A stretch of 60,024 bases of DNA, counting the filler. It is 4 parts of 4 records of this genome, joined end to end, with 100 filler letters (N's around TTAATTAATTAA, not from the genome) between each part and the next. Parts side by side here need not be neighbours in the genome. Positions count along the whole stretch, not along the records: positions 1 to 20,319 come from DRR723986_17650; positions 20,420 to 39,122 come from DRR723986_17662; 2 more parts are not named here. The stretch is one strand, 5' to 3'. Position numbers and translations under genes: made by a program. The notes beneath the pieces were generated by a model. It did not search any database and was not told where the DNA came from. It saw only the letters and a list, made by a program, of their open reading frames with translations. This document shows positions 18,880-29,501 of the stretch, in pieces. Numbering within the stretch: position 1 is the first letter of the stretch; each line of letters begins with the position of its first letter.

Positions 18880-20319
18880 TTACTCACCAAGAGTTCGCTG
18901 TTTCCAGAGATAAAAGAGCACAGGAATCACCAGCAGCGCCAGAATGACAGCGGAAATCATACCGCCCACCATAGGTGCCGCAATCCGGCCCATCACCTCC
19001 GACCCTGTACCGGTGCCAATCATAATGGGCACAAGCCCCCCGATAATGGCGGCCGCCGTCATCATGATTGGCCGAACCCGCATACCGGCACCGTGTAGTA
19101 CGGCATGGCGGAGGGTTTCTCGCCTTGGCGTCAGCCCTTTGTCATCACACGTTTCCAGCATTGCGTTATAAGCCTGATTCAAATACACCAGCATGATCAC
19201 CCCAATCTCTACCGCAACGCCGGCCAGCGCAATGAAACCGACACCGACGGCTACCGAAAAATTATAACCAAGCAGATACATCAGCCAGATAGCACCGATC
19301 ATCGCAAACGGTAGCGTGCCCATAATAATCCCCACTTCGGCAAAACGGCGGAAGTTAAGAAACAGCAGGATGACGATGATGGCCAGCGTTAACGGCACCA
19401 CATAGGTCAGTTTTTCCTTCGCACGGAGCATGTACTCATACTGACCAGACCAGTTGATTGAATAACCGGGAGGTAGATCCAGCTCTTCACTCACGGTAAC
19501 CATGGCCTGTTCAACATAGGTGCCTACGTCGACACCCTCAATATCCACAAAGGTCCAGCCGTTCAGGCGGGCATTCTCACTCTTAATGGCCGGCGGGCCA
19601 TCCTCCACGCCGATCTCCGCCACATCTGCCAGGGCAATGCGCTGGCCGGATGCGGTCACGATGGGCAGTTGCTCCAGCTTCTCGGGCGAATCCCGGTAGT
19701 CTTCCGGATAACGAAGATTAATGGGATACCGCTCAAGTCCCTCGATGGTTCTGGAAACGTTGATTCCACCAATAGCGGAGGCCACTACCTGCTGAACATC
19801 AGCGATATTCAGCCCATAACGAGCGGCACGCTCACGATCAATATCCACCTTGATGTAGCGGCCCCCAGCGACTCGCTCAGAGTAAACGGAGGCTGTACCG
19901 GGGATGTCGACCATGACTTCCTCAAGGCGTTTACCGATGTTCTGGATGACGGTAAGGTCCGGACCGGCAATCTTGATGCCCACCGGCGTTTTAATACCCG
20001 TTGCCAGCATATCGATGCGCGTGATGATCGGCATAACCCAGGCATTGGTTACCCCCGGGAACCGAATCAGAGTATTGAGCTCCTGCTTCAGCTTTTCGGT
20101 GGTCATGCCTTCCCGCCATTGATCCCTCGGCTTGAGCTGGATGAAGGTCTCGATCATCGTCAATGGAGCCGGATCGGTAGCGGTATCCGCCCGCCCCACT
20201 TTGCCGAACACGGTTTCGACTTCGGGTACGGTGGCAATCAGCTTGTCCGTTTGCTGCAACAGTTCCCGAGCCTTACCAATGGAGATGCCCGGGTAGGTGG
20301 TGGGCATGTACATCAGGTC
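18880..20319 (-). CDS. cusA: CusA/SilA heavy-metal RND efflux permease (5'-truncated by the gap)
   Basis: YMPTTYPGIS, ATDPAPLTMIET, RIDMLATGIKTPVGIK, GFIALAGVAVE and RVRPIMMT motifs. Confidence 0.93.
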   Translation of the reverse strand, partial: DLMYMPTTYPGISIGKARELLQQTDKLIATVPEVETVFGKVGRADTATDPAPLTMIETFIQLKPRDQWREGMTTEKLKQELNTLIRFPGVTNAWVMPIITRIDMLATGIKTPVGIKIAGPDLTVIQNIGKRLEEVMVDIPGTASVYSERVAGGRYIKVDIDRERAARYGLNIADVQQVVASAIGGINVSRTIEGLERYPINLRYPEDYRDSPEKLEQLPIVTASGQRIALADVAEIGVEDGPPAIKSENARLNGWTFVDIEGVDVGTYVEQAMVTVSEELDLPPGYSINWSGQYEYMLRAKEKLTYVVPLTLAIIVILLFLNFRRFAEVGIIMGTLPFAMIGAIWLMYLLGYNFSVAVGVGFIALAGVAVEIGVIMLVYLNQAYNAMLETCDDKGLTPRRETLRHAVLHGAGMRVRPIMMTAAAIIGGLVPIMIGTGTGSEVMGRIAAPMVGGMISAVILALLVIPVLFYLWKQRTLGE

Positions 20320-20419
20320 NNNNNNNNNNNNNNNNNNNNNNNNNNNNNNNNNNNNNNNNNNNNTTAATTAATTAANNNNNNNNNNNNNNNNNNNNNNNNN
20401 NNNNNNNNNNNNNNNNNNN
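20320..20419. other. Artificial contig linker (N-TTAATTAATTAA-N)
   Basis: N runs around a six-frame stop spacer. Confidence 0.98.
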
Positions 20420-20590
20420 GACATAGCGGCGCTGGCCTTCGGCATAGATTGTGTCAAAGGCGAGGGACGATTTACCCGAGCCGGACAGGCCGGTCATCAC
20501 GACCAGTTCGCCGCGGGGAATGTCCACGTCGATGTTCTTGAGATTATGTTCCTTGGCGCCGCGAACGCGGATGAAGGGGGACTCGGCCAT
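20420..20590 (-). CDS. uvrA: Excinuclease ABC subunit A (5' fragment)
   Basis: [15 protein letters not shown]...[23 protein letters not shown]. Confidence 0.97.
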
Positions 20591-20687
20591 GTCGAGAACT
20601 TTCGGGCTGTTTGCTCGTTACGTCTGCAAAACGGGATTTGGATTGGTGCTAGTGCTTATGTGTGTCGCGAGTCCAGCTTGACGACAA

Positions 20688-20702
20688 GAACAAAGTATGA
20701 AC
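20688..20702. promoter_or_regulatory. Alphaproteobacterial LexA (SOS) box
   Basis: GAAC-AAAGTAT-GAAC (GAAC-N7-GAAC) between the divergent uvrA and ssb genes. Confidence 0.85.
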
Positions 20703-20852
20703 AATTGCTGGCTGCTGCAAAAATGTGTCAGCAGTCATCTCTTGTGGACAGACTGGCCGTTGCCGCTTCCTGGCAGGCGACAGAATGGGCCTGTCGGGGT
20801 ACAAGAGTCGAATCGAATACGAAACGGATCAGATCGGAGCGGAGTTTCAACC

Positions 20853-21335
20853 ATGGCAGGATCAGTGAACAAAGTCATCCTCGTAGGGAATGTTGGTCAG
20901 GATCCTGAGGTTCGCCAGTTCCAGAACGGTGGACAGGTGGCCAGCTTCACGCTCGCGACGTCTGAAACCTGGAAAGACAAGAACACCGGCGAGCGCCGCG
21001 AAAAGACCGAATGGCACCGCATAGCGGTGTTCAGCGAAGGCCTTGTCCGCGTGGTTCAGAACTACGTGAAGAAAGGCTCGAAGCTATACATCGAAGGCCA
21101 GCTCGAAACCCGCAAATGGCAGGACAAGGACGGGCAGGACCGCTACACGACAGAGGTCGTGCTTCGCGGCTTCAATTCCACGCTGACCATGCTCGACAGC
21201 CGCGGCGAAGGCGGCGGCCGGTCTGCAGGCGGTGATTTCGGCGGCTACTCGCAAGGTGGCGGCGGTGCCCGCCAGATGAGCGGCCCGCAGGAAAGCTTTG
21301 CCAGCCACGATCTCGACGACGAGATCCCGTTCTAG
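20853..21335 (+). CDS. ssb: Single-stranded DNA-binding protein
   Basis: [13 protein letters not shown] start and DDEIPF C-terminus. Confidence 0.97.
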   Translation: MAGSVNKVILVGNVGQDPEVRQFQNGGQVASFTLATSETWKDKNTGERREKTEWHRIAVFSEGLVRVVQNYVKKGSKLYIEGQLETRKWQDKDGQDRYTTEVVLRGFNSTLTMLDSRGEGGGRSAGGDFGGYSQGGGGARQMSGPQESFASHDLDDEIPF

Positions 21336-21346
21336 GCTTATCCGTG

Positions 21347-22186
21347 ATGGTCAGGGCGATGCTACGGCCGCTGCTGGCGATACCTGCCTTTCTGCTGGCG
21401 GCATGCTTGCTGCCAGCGTTTGGCATTGCACCGCAGAGCATTGAATCATCTGTGGAAAATTTCGGCATGGATCCATCCCGGTCTGCCATGCTGATCGTCC
21501 GCCTTGAGGATGGTGCAGAATGGTCCAGCGGCGGGGCGCGGGTGGACCAGCGCTTCGTCGCCGCATCCACATCGAAGATCCCGCACACGCTGATCGCCAT
21601 TGAAACTGGCGCGGTCTCCGGCCCGGAAGAGTGGTTCGAATGGGACCGGCAGACGCGGTTCCTGCCGGCATGGAACAAAAGCCAGACCTTGGCTGACGCT
21701 TTCCGGCACTCGACGGTCTGGATCTACCAGGCGATCACGCCGCGCATTGGCGGTGAAGCCCTGCATGGCTGGCTGACCACTTTCGGTTACGGAAACGCCG
21801 ATACAGGCGCGCCAGAGGACATCACGACCTATTGGCTAAGTGGCCCGCTCCGTATCTCTGCGCGCGAGCAGGTGGCTTTCCTGACGCGTCTCGTGCGGCA
21901 TGAATTGTCCCTTTCGGCACGGACTTATGAGCTCGCTGTGCCGGTCATGCTGGCAGAGGAGGGCGAGAATTGGCGTATTCACGCCAAGACTGGCTGGTAC
22001 AGCAGTGACGATGAGCAGGATATCGGCTGGTATGTGGGCTGGCTGGAGCAGGCGGGCGGTCCGGCGCCGGGCACATACGTGTTCGCCTTCAACCTGGACA
22101 TCATGACACCGGACACCGACATTCCGAAGCGTCCGGCGGCCGTCCGTCAGGCGTTCGCGGACATTGGTGCGCTGCCTGCGCCCTGA
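21347..22186 (+). CDS. Class D (OXA-like) beta-lactamase
   Basis: Signal peptide; ASTSK (SxxK), STVW (SxV), YGN, YWL and KTG motifs. Confidence 0.85.
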   Translation: MVRAMLRPLLAIPAFLLAACLLPAFGIAPQSIESSVENFGMDPSRSAMLIVRLEDGAEWSSGGARVDQRFVAASTSKIPHTLIAIETGAVSGPEEWFEWDRQTRFLPAWNKSQTLADAFRHSTVWIYQAITPRIGGEALHGWLTTFGYGNADTGAPEDITTYWLSGPLRISAREQVAFLTRLVRHELSLSARTYELAVPVMLAEEGENWRIHAKTGWYSSDDEQDIGWYVGWLEQAGGPAPGTYVFAFNLDIMTPDTDIPKRPAAVRQAFADIGALPAP

Positions 22187-22333
22187 GCCTTGTAGTAAAA
22201 ACGTTTTTTTACCCCGGAATCGCTGCAATTTTCGGGGCTTTGCGGTTTGTTTTGGCGCCCTGAAATGCTAGACAAATAACAGTATTCTGATGCGCGATTC
22301 CCGCGCGCCCTCTGCAGCAGACACGAGTTTCTC

Positions 22334-25123
22334 ATGAGCGACGAGACGACCCCTCCGGAAGACCCGGAAACCCCTGAGAACGGCGGTGGTGGCGGCGTCC
22401 TGCCGGACGGGATTGAGCCCGTTTCCATCGAATCCGAGCTGAGAAGCTCCTATCTCGACTACGCGATGAGCGTGATTGTCAGCCGGGCGCTGCCGGATGT
22501 GCGCGACGGCCTGAAGCCGGTGCACCGGCGGATCCTGTATGCGATGCAGGTCAACGGCAATACGCCGGACAAACCCTACAAGAAATCGGCCAACATCGTC
22601 GGCGCCGTGATGGGTAACTATCACCCGCACGGCGACAGCGCGATCTACGACGCGCTCGTGCGGATGGCCCAGCCCTTCTCCATGGGGCTGCCGCTGGTCG
22701 ACGGGCAGGGCAATTTCGGCTCGATCGATAACGATCCACCGGCCGCCATGCGTTACACCGAATCCCGGATGATGAAGGCGGCGACACACCTCCTCGCCGA
22801 CATCGACAAGGATACGGTCGACTTCCAGGACACCTATGACGGTTCCCAGCAGGAGCCGATGGTCCTGCCGGCGCAGTTCCCGAACCTGCTGGTAAATGGC
22901 GGCGGCGGCATCGCGGTCGGCATGGCGACGAACATTCCGCCGCACAATCTGGGTGAAATCGTCGATGCCACGATTGAGGTGATCGACAATCCCGAAGTGG
23001 ACGATGACGCGCTCTGCGAAATCGTCCCGGGGCCGGATTTCCCGACTGGCGGCCTGATCATGGGCATGTCCGGTTCCCGCAAAGCCCTGTTGACGGGGCG
23101 CGGCAGTGTGATCGTCCGGGCCAAGACGGACATTGAGGAAGCCCGCAATGGGCGCCAGGCCATCATCGTCACCGAGATTCCCTATCAGGTGAACAAGGCC
23201 GCGATGATTACCAAGATCGCCGAACTTGTGCGCGAGAAGCGTGTCGAGGGCATTGCAGACCTGCGGGACGAATCCGACCGTCACGGCATCCGCGTCGTGA
23301 TCGAAGTGAAGAAGGATGCCAGTGCCGACGTCGTGCTGAACCAGCTTTACCGCTTCAGCCAGATGCAGAACTCGTTCCCGGTCAACATGCTGGCGCTGAA
23401 CGGCGGCCGGCCGGAACTGATGAATTTGCGCAAGGTGCTCGATTGCTTCATCGCCTTCCGTCAGGAGGTCGTTGTCCGCCGCACCAAGCATGACCTGAAC
23501 AAGGCGCGCGACCGCGCGCACGTCCTCGTCGGGCTTGCCATGGCTGTCGCCAATATCGACGAAGTCATCCGCATCATCCGCCACTCACCGGACCCGAACA
23601 CGGCGCGCGAACAGCTGCTCGCCAAGGCCTGGCCGATCATGGATATGGGACCGCTGCTGGACCTCATCGCCGACCGGCGCACGCGCAAAGGTGATGGCGA
23701 TACAATCTATCTGTCAGATGAGCAGGCCCGCGCCATTCTCGCGCTGCAACTGTCGCGCCTCACCGGTCTTGGCCGCGACGAAATCGGCAATGAAGCCAAG
23801 GGCTTGTCGGAGAAGATTGCCGACTATCTCGACATTCTCCGTTCCCGCCCGCGCATCCGTGAGATCATCAAGGCGGAACTTGCAGAAGTAAAAGAGAAGT
23901 TCGCTGTACCGCGCCGCTCCGAATTCACGGCCGGCGGCATCGACATGGAAGACGAAGACCTCATCGAGGTCGAGGACATGGTCGTCACCGTCACCCATGG
24001 CGGTTACGTCAAGCGGACCCCGCTCTCGACCTACCGGACGCAGCACCGCGGCGGCAAGGGCCGCTCCGGCGTGTCGATGAAGGAAGACGATTTCGTCGTC
24101 CAGCTCTTCTCGGCCACGACGCATACGGAAATGTTGTTCTTCTCGTCGGCCGGCATGGTCTACAAGGAGAAGGTGTGGCGTCTGCCCGTTGGCGGGCCGA
24201 CCTCCCGCGGCAAGGCGCTGGTCAACATCTTCCCGCTGGCGGCTGATGAACGCATTGAAAGCGTCATGCCGCTGCCGGACGACGAAGAGTCCCGCAACGA
24301 ACTTGACGTCATGTTCGCCACCAAGACGGGCAACGTCCGCCGGAACAAGCTGTCTGACTTCATTCGCGTGAACCGCAACGGCAAGATCGCCATGAAGCTG
24401 GAAGAAGATGCCGATGACGGCATCGTCAGTGTGAAGATCTGTTCCGAGAAGGACGATATCCTGCTGACCACGGCCCTCGGCCAGTGTATCCGCTTCCAGG
24501 TCACCGATGTGCGTGTGTTTGCCGGCCGGAACTCGACGGGCGTGCGTGGCATCCGATTGGCTGATGGAGATGAAGTCATCTCCATGGGCATTCTGCGCCA
24601 CGTCGATGTCACGTCGGAAGAGGCGCGTGCCTATCTCAAACATGCCTCGGCCATGCGCCGGGCGGCGACGGGCGAGGAAGAGGAGGTCTCCGACGATGAT
24701 GAGGAGGCCGTCGAAGAAGCCTCGCTCTCGACAGAGCGTCTCGCAGAACTCGGCGCCGCGGAAGAGTTCGTCCTGACCATTGCCGATGACGGCATGGGCA
24801 AGCGGTCTTCTGCCTACGACTACCGGGTCACCGGCCGGGGCGGCAAAGGCCTCGTGGCCCAGAATATCTGGGGCCGGGACAAGAAAAAGGGACCGGTCAA
24901 GAAAGTGGCCCAGTCCTTCCCGGTCGATGATGGTGACCAGGTCATGCTTGTTACCGATGGCGGCCAGCTGATCCGCACACCGGTGGACCAGATCCGGATT
25001 GCCGGCCGGTCTACGGGTGGTGTCTGGGTGCTTCGCACGGCGGAAGGTGAACGCGTTGTTTCCGTTGCTCGCCTTGTGGAAGACGCTGAAACCGGTATGG
25101 AAGAGGGCGGCGGCGCTGAATAA
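22334..25123 (+). CDS. gyrA: DNA gyrase subunit A
   Basis: [18 protein letters not shown] and the GyrA-box QHRGGKG. Confidence 0.98.
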   Translation: MSDETTPPEDPETPENGGGGGVLPDGIEPVSIESELRSSYLDYAMSVIVSRALPDVRDGLKPVHRRILYAMQVNGNTPDKPYKKSANIVGAVMGNYHPHGDSAIYDALVRMAQPFSMGLPLVDGQGNFGSIDNDPPAAMRYTESRMMKAATHLLADIDKDTVDFQDTYDGSQQEPMVLPAQFPNLLVNGGGGIAVGMATNIPPHNLGEIVDATIEVIDNPEVDDDALCEIVPGPDFPTGGLIMGMSGSRKALLTGRGSVIVRAKTDIEEARNGRQAIIVTEIPYQVNKAAMITKIAELVREKRVEGIADLRDESDRHGIRVVIEVKKDASADVVLNQLYRFSQMQNSFPVNMLALNGGRPELMNLRKVLDCFIAFRQEVVVRRTKHDLNKARDRAHVLVGLAMAVANIDEVIRIIRHSPDPNTAREQLLAKAWPIMDMGPLLDLIADRRTRKGDGDTIYLSDEQARAILALQLSRLTGLGRDEIGNEAKGLSEKIADYLDILRSRPRIREIIKAELAEVKEKFAVPRRSEFTAGGIDMEDEDLIEVEDMVVTVTHGGYVKRTPLSTYRTQHRGGKGRSGVSMKEDDFVVQLFSATTHTEMLFFSSAGMVYKEKVWRLPVGGPTSRGKALVNIFPLAADERIESVMPLPDDEESRNELDVMFATKTGNVRRNKLSDFIRVNRNGKIAMKLEEDADDGIVSVKICSEKDDILLTTALGQCIRFQVTDVRVFAGRNSTGVRGIRLADGDEVISMGILRHVDVTSEEARAYLKHASAMRRAATGEEEEVSDDDEEAVEEASLSTERLAELGAAEEFVLTIADDGMGKRSSAYDYRVTGRGGKGLVAQNIWGRDKKKGPVKKVAQSFPVDDGDQVMLVTDGGQLIRTPVDQIRIAGRSTGGVWVLRTAEGERVVSVARLVEDAETGMEEGGGAE

Positions 25124-25164
25124 GCGCCGCTGTTTCACGTAGAATAGGGCCGGGGAGGGCCGCC

Positions 25165-25662
25165 ATGCACCGCGTAGGACTGTATCCGGGAACTTTCGAC
25201 CCCCCGACGATCGGCCATATCGACATCATTGGCCGGGCACGTAAGCTGGTCGACACGCTGATCATCGGCGTGGCCATCAATGAAGCCAAGAAGCCCTTGT
25301 TTTCACTGCAAGAACGCGTCGATATGGTGCGGTCGGAATGTGAGAAGCTGAACGGGCCGGGCCTGGCCGACATCAAGGTCATGCCCATGCATGGCCTGCT
25401 CATGAAATTCGCCGAAGCCTGCGGGGCGCAGATCATCGTGCGCGGCCTGCGGGCCGTTCAGGACTTCGAGTACGAATTCCAGATGACGGCGATGAACGAG
25501 CAGCTCAATCCCGACATCGAAACGGTGTTCCTGATGGCTGATGTGCGCCACCAGGCGGTTGCATCGCGGCTGGTGAAGGAAATCGCCAGTTTGGGCGGCG
25601 ACATCACGCCGTTCCTGACGCCGGACGTGAAGCGTGCCCTGATGGAAAAGTACGGGAAGTAA
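25165..25662 (+). CDS. coaD: Phosphopantetheine adenylyltransferase
   Basis: YPGTFDPPTIGH and RGLRAVQDFEYE. Confidence 0.97.
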   Translation: MHRVGLYPGTFDPPTIGHIDIIGRARKLVDTLIIGVAINEAKKPLFSLQERVDMVRSECEKLNGPGLADIKVMPMHGLLMKFAEACGAQIIVRGLRAVQDFEYEFQMTAMNEQLNPDIETVFLMADVRHQAVASRLVKEIASLGGDITPFLTPDVKRALMEKYGK

Positions 25663-25771
25663 TCCCGCAGGGCGGATCTACTGTCTCAGACCGTTGAATC
25701 CTGACGTGTGATGCCTGACATTGGGTAACACACGGCGCCACCCGTGCGCCTGGATGGAGACGTTGCGTACC

Positions 25772-26674
25772 ATGAAACTGGCCCCCAAAGAATTCGCCCC
25801 AATTGCGCTTGCGGTTTCCGCGTTCGCCATGTCGTTGACGGCATTCGCCGAGGATGCGGCTGAGCCGGTGGCGCCGGCCGAATTCAATTTGGCTGAAGCG
25901 AAGGCCGATCCGGCAAACTGGCGGCAGGTGGATCCGGAGAACCTCTTCATCTTCGAGACGACCAAAGGACGCGTCCTGATCGAAGCATTCCCAGAGGTCG
26001 CCCCGAAACACTATGAGCAGTTTGCAACGATTATCCGCTCCGGCGATTTTGATGGCACCGCGTTTCACCGCGTCATCGACGATTTCATGGCGCAGGGCGG
26101 CGACATCTTCGCCCTGAAGGGTGAGGATTCCGGTCTGCCGAATCTTGAAGGTGAATTCACATTCCGCCGTGATCCCGTCTCGATGCCGCTTGAGGCGACC
26201 ATCGGCCCGGAAGACACCGCAAAGTTCGGCTATATCAAGGGCTTCCCGATCGGGACCCAAGCCAGCTTCTTTGCGGAAATGTCGGTCGACGGCATGGTCG
26301 AAAGCTACATCCCGCATTGCAAGGGCATGGTGTCCACCGCCCGGACCGATGATCCGAACTCAGCCAATTCGCAATTCTTCCTGATGCGCGGACAGGCCGA
26401 ACATCTCGACCACAAATACACGGCCTGGGGCCGCGTGGTCGTGGGTGAGGATGTGGTGATGGCTATCAAGCATGGCCCCGATGCCCGGGATGGCCACGTC
26501 GACAATCCGGACATACTGAAATCGGCCAAGGTTGCTGCAGACCTGCCGGAAGCCGAACGCCCGGACGTCTGGGTTGAGCGTACGGATGGCCCTATCTTCC
26601 TGGCTGAGATGGCTGACAAGGACGACATCGATGTCTGCTCGCTGCCTTCCGTCCCGGCGGTGGTGGACAAGTAA
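25772..26674 (+). CDS. Secreted cyclophilin-type peptidyl-prolyl isomerase
   Basis: FHRVIDDFMAQGGD, ANSQFF, LDHKYTAWGRV; N-terminal signal peptide. Confidence 0.92.
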   Translation: MKLAPKEFAPIALAVSAFAMSLTAFAEDAAEPVAPAEFNLAEAKADPANWRQVDPENLFIFETTKGRVLIEAFPEVAPKHYEQFATIIRSGDFDGTAFHRVIDDFMAQGGDIFALKGEDSGLPNLEGEFTFRRDPVSMPLEATIGPEDTAKFGYIKGFPIGTQASFFAEMSVDGMVESYIPHCKGMVSTARTDDPNSANSQFFLMRGQAEHLDHKYTAWGRVVVGEDVVMAIKHGPDARDGHVDNPDILKSAKVAADLPEAERPDVWVERTDGPIFLAEMADKDDIDVCSLPSVPAVVDK

Positions 26675-26728
26675 GGCCTGCGCCGGGCTTGTTGCGCGGC
26701 TCGCCTCTTTCTGCGAGACGGGCGCCCC

Positions 26729-27784
26729 ATGGATCTGACCCAATTCCAGTTTGACCTGCCTGAACGGCTGATCGCGCTTCGCCCGGCCGAACCGCAGGAT
26801 TCCGCGCGCCTTCTGGTCGTGCACGGCGACGGTCGTCTGGAAGATGCTGGAGTGAGGGACCTGCCGCGCTACCTGAATGCTGGCGATGTGCTCGTCTTCA
26901 ATGATACGCGCGTCCTGCCCGCCGCCCTGAAAGGCGTGCGCCCGGCGCGGGACGAGACAGGGCAGGACGTTGCCTGCGATGTGAACCTCACCGAGCGGAT
27001 CGATGAATGCAACTGGCGCGCACTGGCGCGGCCGGGCAGGCGGCTGAAGGATGGCGATACAATCGTCTTCGCCGAAGGGTTCACGGCAGAAATTACCGGT
27101 CATCATGAAGGCGGAGAGATCGGTCTTCGTTTTTCCCTCGAAGGCGATGCGTTAACGGCTGCGCTGGACCGGCACGGCGCCATGCCCTTGCCGCCCTACA
27201 TTGCGCGCCGCCGCCCGGCAGATGCGAAGGACCGGGAAACCTATCAGACGAAATTCGCGGGCGAGGATGCCGCCTCTGTCGCTGCGCCGACGGCGGGACT
27301 CCACTTCACGCCGCGCCTCCTGTCAGAGTGCGATGCGGCCGGTCTTGTCCGTGAGACAGTGCGCCTGCATGTCGGCCTCGGCACGTTCAAGCCTCTTGAA
27401 GAGAAACAGCTGGAAGAGAACCGCCTGCACGAGGAATGGCGCCGCCTGACGCCGGAGACGGCGGAGCGCCTGAATGCGGCGAGGACCTCAGGCCGCCGTG
27501 TCGTGCCGGTTGGCACAACGGCCATGCGCACGCTGGAAAGCTGTGTGGATACGGACGGAACCCTTCACCCGGCAACCGGCCCGACGGATATCTTCCTGAA
27601 GCCCGGCGATGCCGTGCGGGGCACGGATGCGCTGGTGACGAACTTCCACCTGCCGGGCTCCAGCCTGTTCATGCTGGTCTCGGCCTTTATGGGAACAGAC
27701 GTGATGCGCGCGGCTTACGCTCACGCCATTGCGAACGAGTACCGCTTCTACTCCTACGGCGACGCCTGCCTGTTACTTCCCTAG
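26729..27784 (+). CDS. queA: S-adenosylmethionine:tRNA ribosyltransferase-isomerase
   Basis: PLPPYI, AAPTAGLHF, TNFHLP and YRFYSYGDA. Confidence 0.97.
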   Translation: MDLTQFQFDLPERLIALRPAEPQDSARLLVVHGDGRLEDAGVRDLPRYLNAGDVLVFNDTRVLPAALKGVRPARDETGQDVACDVNLTERIDECNWRALARPGRRLKDGDTIVFAEGFTAEITGHHEGGEIGLRFSLEGDALTAALDRHGAMPLPPYIARRRPADAKDRETYQTKFAGEDAASVAAPTAGLHFTPRLLSECDAAGLVRETVRLHVGLGTFKPLEEKQLEENRLHEEWRRLTPETAERLNAARTSGRRVVPVGTTAMRTLESCVDTDGTLHPATGPTDIFLKPGDAVRGTDALVTNFHLPGSSLFMLVSAFMGTDVMRAAYAHAIANEYRFYSYGDACLLLP

Positions 27785-28261
27785 TTGCGAAGCAACATCC
27801 GGGCGGAGTTCCTTCATTTCACGGATGGCCTTGGCGGCCGTGATGCGGGCGAGGTGGCGGCCCTTGTCGTCACGCCAATCGGCTTCGACGAGTCCGGTTG
27901 TTCGCCCGCGGCTGACCAGGCGGCCTTCGATCGTGATGATACCGTGCGGCACCGGACGCAGGATGCGCGTCTGCAGTTCCATCGTGGTGAACCACTCGCC
28001 ATCTTCCAGCGCACTCGCCATCGTCATGGAGACGATATGGTCCGATAGGCCCGCGACCCAGCCGCCGAAGACGCGGCCATCATTGATGTCGCGGTCGCCC
28101 TCGTTCGGCCACTCGTACAGTGTACGGCCATAGCTGACCTCTTTCAGCCACAGGTCCGGTCGGATGCCCATGTTGCGGATGCCCGGTGGCAATTCCCACT
28201 TGCCGCTTCTCAGGCGGTCGAAAAAGGCTTTCTGCTGTTCGGATAGTTCGGTCCGGCTCAT
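27773..28261 (-). CDS. PaaI-family hotdog-fold thioesterase
   Basis: VFGGWVAGLSD, TMELQTRILRP, GRT motifs. Confidence 0.8.
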   Translation of the reverse strand: MSRTELSEQQKAFFDRLRSGKWELPPGIRNMGIRPDLWLKEVSYGRTLYEWPNEGDRDINDGRVFGGWVAGLSDHIVSMTMASALEDGEWFTTMELQTRILRPVPHGIITIEGRLVSRGRTTGLVEADWRDDKGRHLARITAAKAIREMKELRPDVASQLGK

Positions 28262-28629
28262 GCGAGACGTGCTCCATTGGGGACGGGTTTGTCAGGTGAA
28301 AACATAACGATGGCGCCTTCCTCGTCGGCAAAGCCGAGTGTCAGGACCTCGGACATGAACTTGCCGATCTGGCGCAGCGGGAAGTTGACGACCGCGGCGA
28401 CCTGCTTGCCGACCAGCGTTTCAGGCACGTAGTGCACGGTTACCTGTGCCGAGCTTTTCTTGACGCCGACGCCCGGCCCGAAATCGATCACCATACGGAT
28501 GGCTGGCTTGCGGGCGCCTTCCAGCGGAGCGGCTTCCAGTACGGTGCCGATGCGGATATCGACCTTCCGGAAGTCGGCAAAGTCGATCTCGCCGGCCGCC
28601 GGGCTGTCCGGTGGGTCTGTCAGGTGCAT
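28258..28629 (-). CDS. csaA: CsaA / tRNA-binding protein
   Basis: DFRKVDIRIG, KKSSAQ, VVNFPLRQIG and SEVLTLG. Confidence 0.9.
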   Translation of the reverse strand: MHLTDPPDSPAAGEIDFADFRKVDIRIGTVLEAAPLEGARKPAIRMVIDFGPGVGVKKSSAQVTVHYVPETLVGKQVAAVVNFPLRQIGKFMSEVLTLGFADEEGAIVMFSPDKPVPNGARLA

Positions 28630-28636
28630 GCAGGCC

Positions 28637-29401
28637 TCAGCAGGTCGCCCCGCCATCGACCACGATGGTCTGGCCGGTCATGTAGGCACCAGCCTTCGAG
28701 GCCAGGTAGACGGCGGCGCCGGCAATTTCTTCCGGTTCGCCGATCCGCTTCAGCGGCGTTCCGGCCAGGCTGCGCTTCAGCGTGTCGGGATTGTCCCACA
28801 GCGCTTTGGCAAAGTCGGTCTTGATCAGGCCCGGCGCGATGCAATTCACACGGACATTATCTTCGCCGAACTCGGTGGCGAGATTGCGGGCGAGCTGGAA
28901 GTCCGCCGCCTTGGAAATGTTGTAGGCGCCGATAATCGGCGTGCCGCGCAGGCCGCCAATGGATGAGACGATGATCACCGAGCCGTCCTTGCGCTCGCGC
29001 ATCTGCGGCACGCACATCTGAATCAGCCAGTTGTTGGAGATGATGTTATTCTGCAGGATCTTGGTGAAGGCATCGTCGTCGATGCCGCTCATCGGGCCGT
29101 AATAGGGGTTCGAGGCGGCATTGCAGACGCAGATGTCAATCTTGCCGAAGGCCTTGTTTGTGGCGTCCACCATGGCCTGCAGCTCTTCCTTGGAGGAGAT
29201 GTTGGCAGGCACGGCGATGGCGGTGCCGTCGCCATGTTTCGCATTGATCTCCGCGGCGACTTCCTGGCACGGGCCGGGCTTGCGCGACGAGATCGTCACT
29301 TTGGCGCCGGCGTCGGCCATGGCTTCGGCGATGGCCTTGCCGATCCCGCGGGAGGATCCGGTGATGACGGCGACTTTGCCGGTAAGGTCGAACAAGCTCA
29401 T
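28637..29401 (-). CDS. SDR-family oxidoreductase
   Basis: TGSSRGIG and YNISK motifs. Confidence 0.93.
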   Translation of the reverse strand: MSLFDLTGKVAVITGSSRGIGKAIAEAMADAGAKVTISSRKPGPCQEVAAEINAKHGDGTAIAVPANISSKEELQAMVDATNKAFGKIDICVCNAASNPYYGPMSGIDDDAFTKILQNNIISNNWLIQMCVPQMRERKDGSVIIVSSIGGLRGTPIIGAYNISKAADFQLARNLATEFGEDNVRVNCIAPGLIKTDFAKALWDNPDTLKRSLAGTPLKRIGEPEEIAGAAVYLASKAGAYMTGQTIVVDGGATC

Positions 29402-29501
29402 GGCGGGGCTCCCTGCATGTTTTATATCGACATGCAGGCTAAGCCCTCCGGCGGGCCGCCGCTAGGGGGTCCCTAGGGAAAGCCTCCCTGACGTGTGTAG
29501 T

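Noticed and set aside
22600-22660. Quinolone-resistance substitutions in GyrA
   Set aside because: The QRDR reads HGDSAIYD, with the wild-type Ser and Asp.
22268-25138. Long antisense ORFs (438 and 474 aa) opposite gyrA
   Set aside because: Shadow ORFs from high-GC codon bias; the same applies to 29493-31208, 33072-34370, 35884-37299 and 44896-46344.
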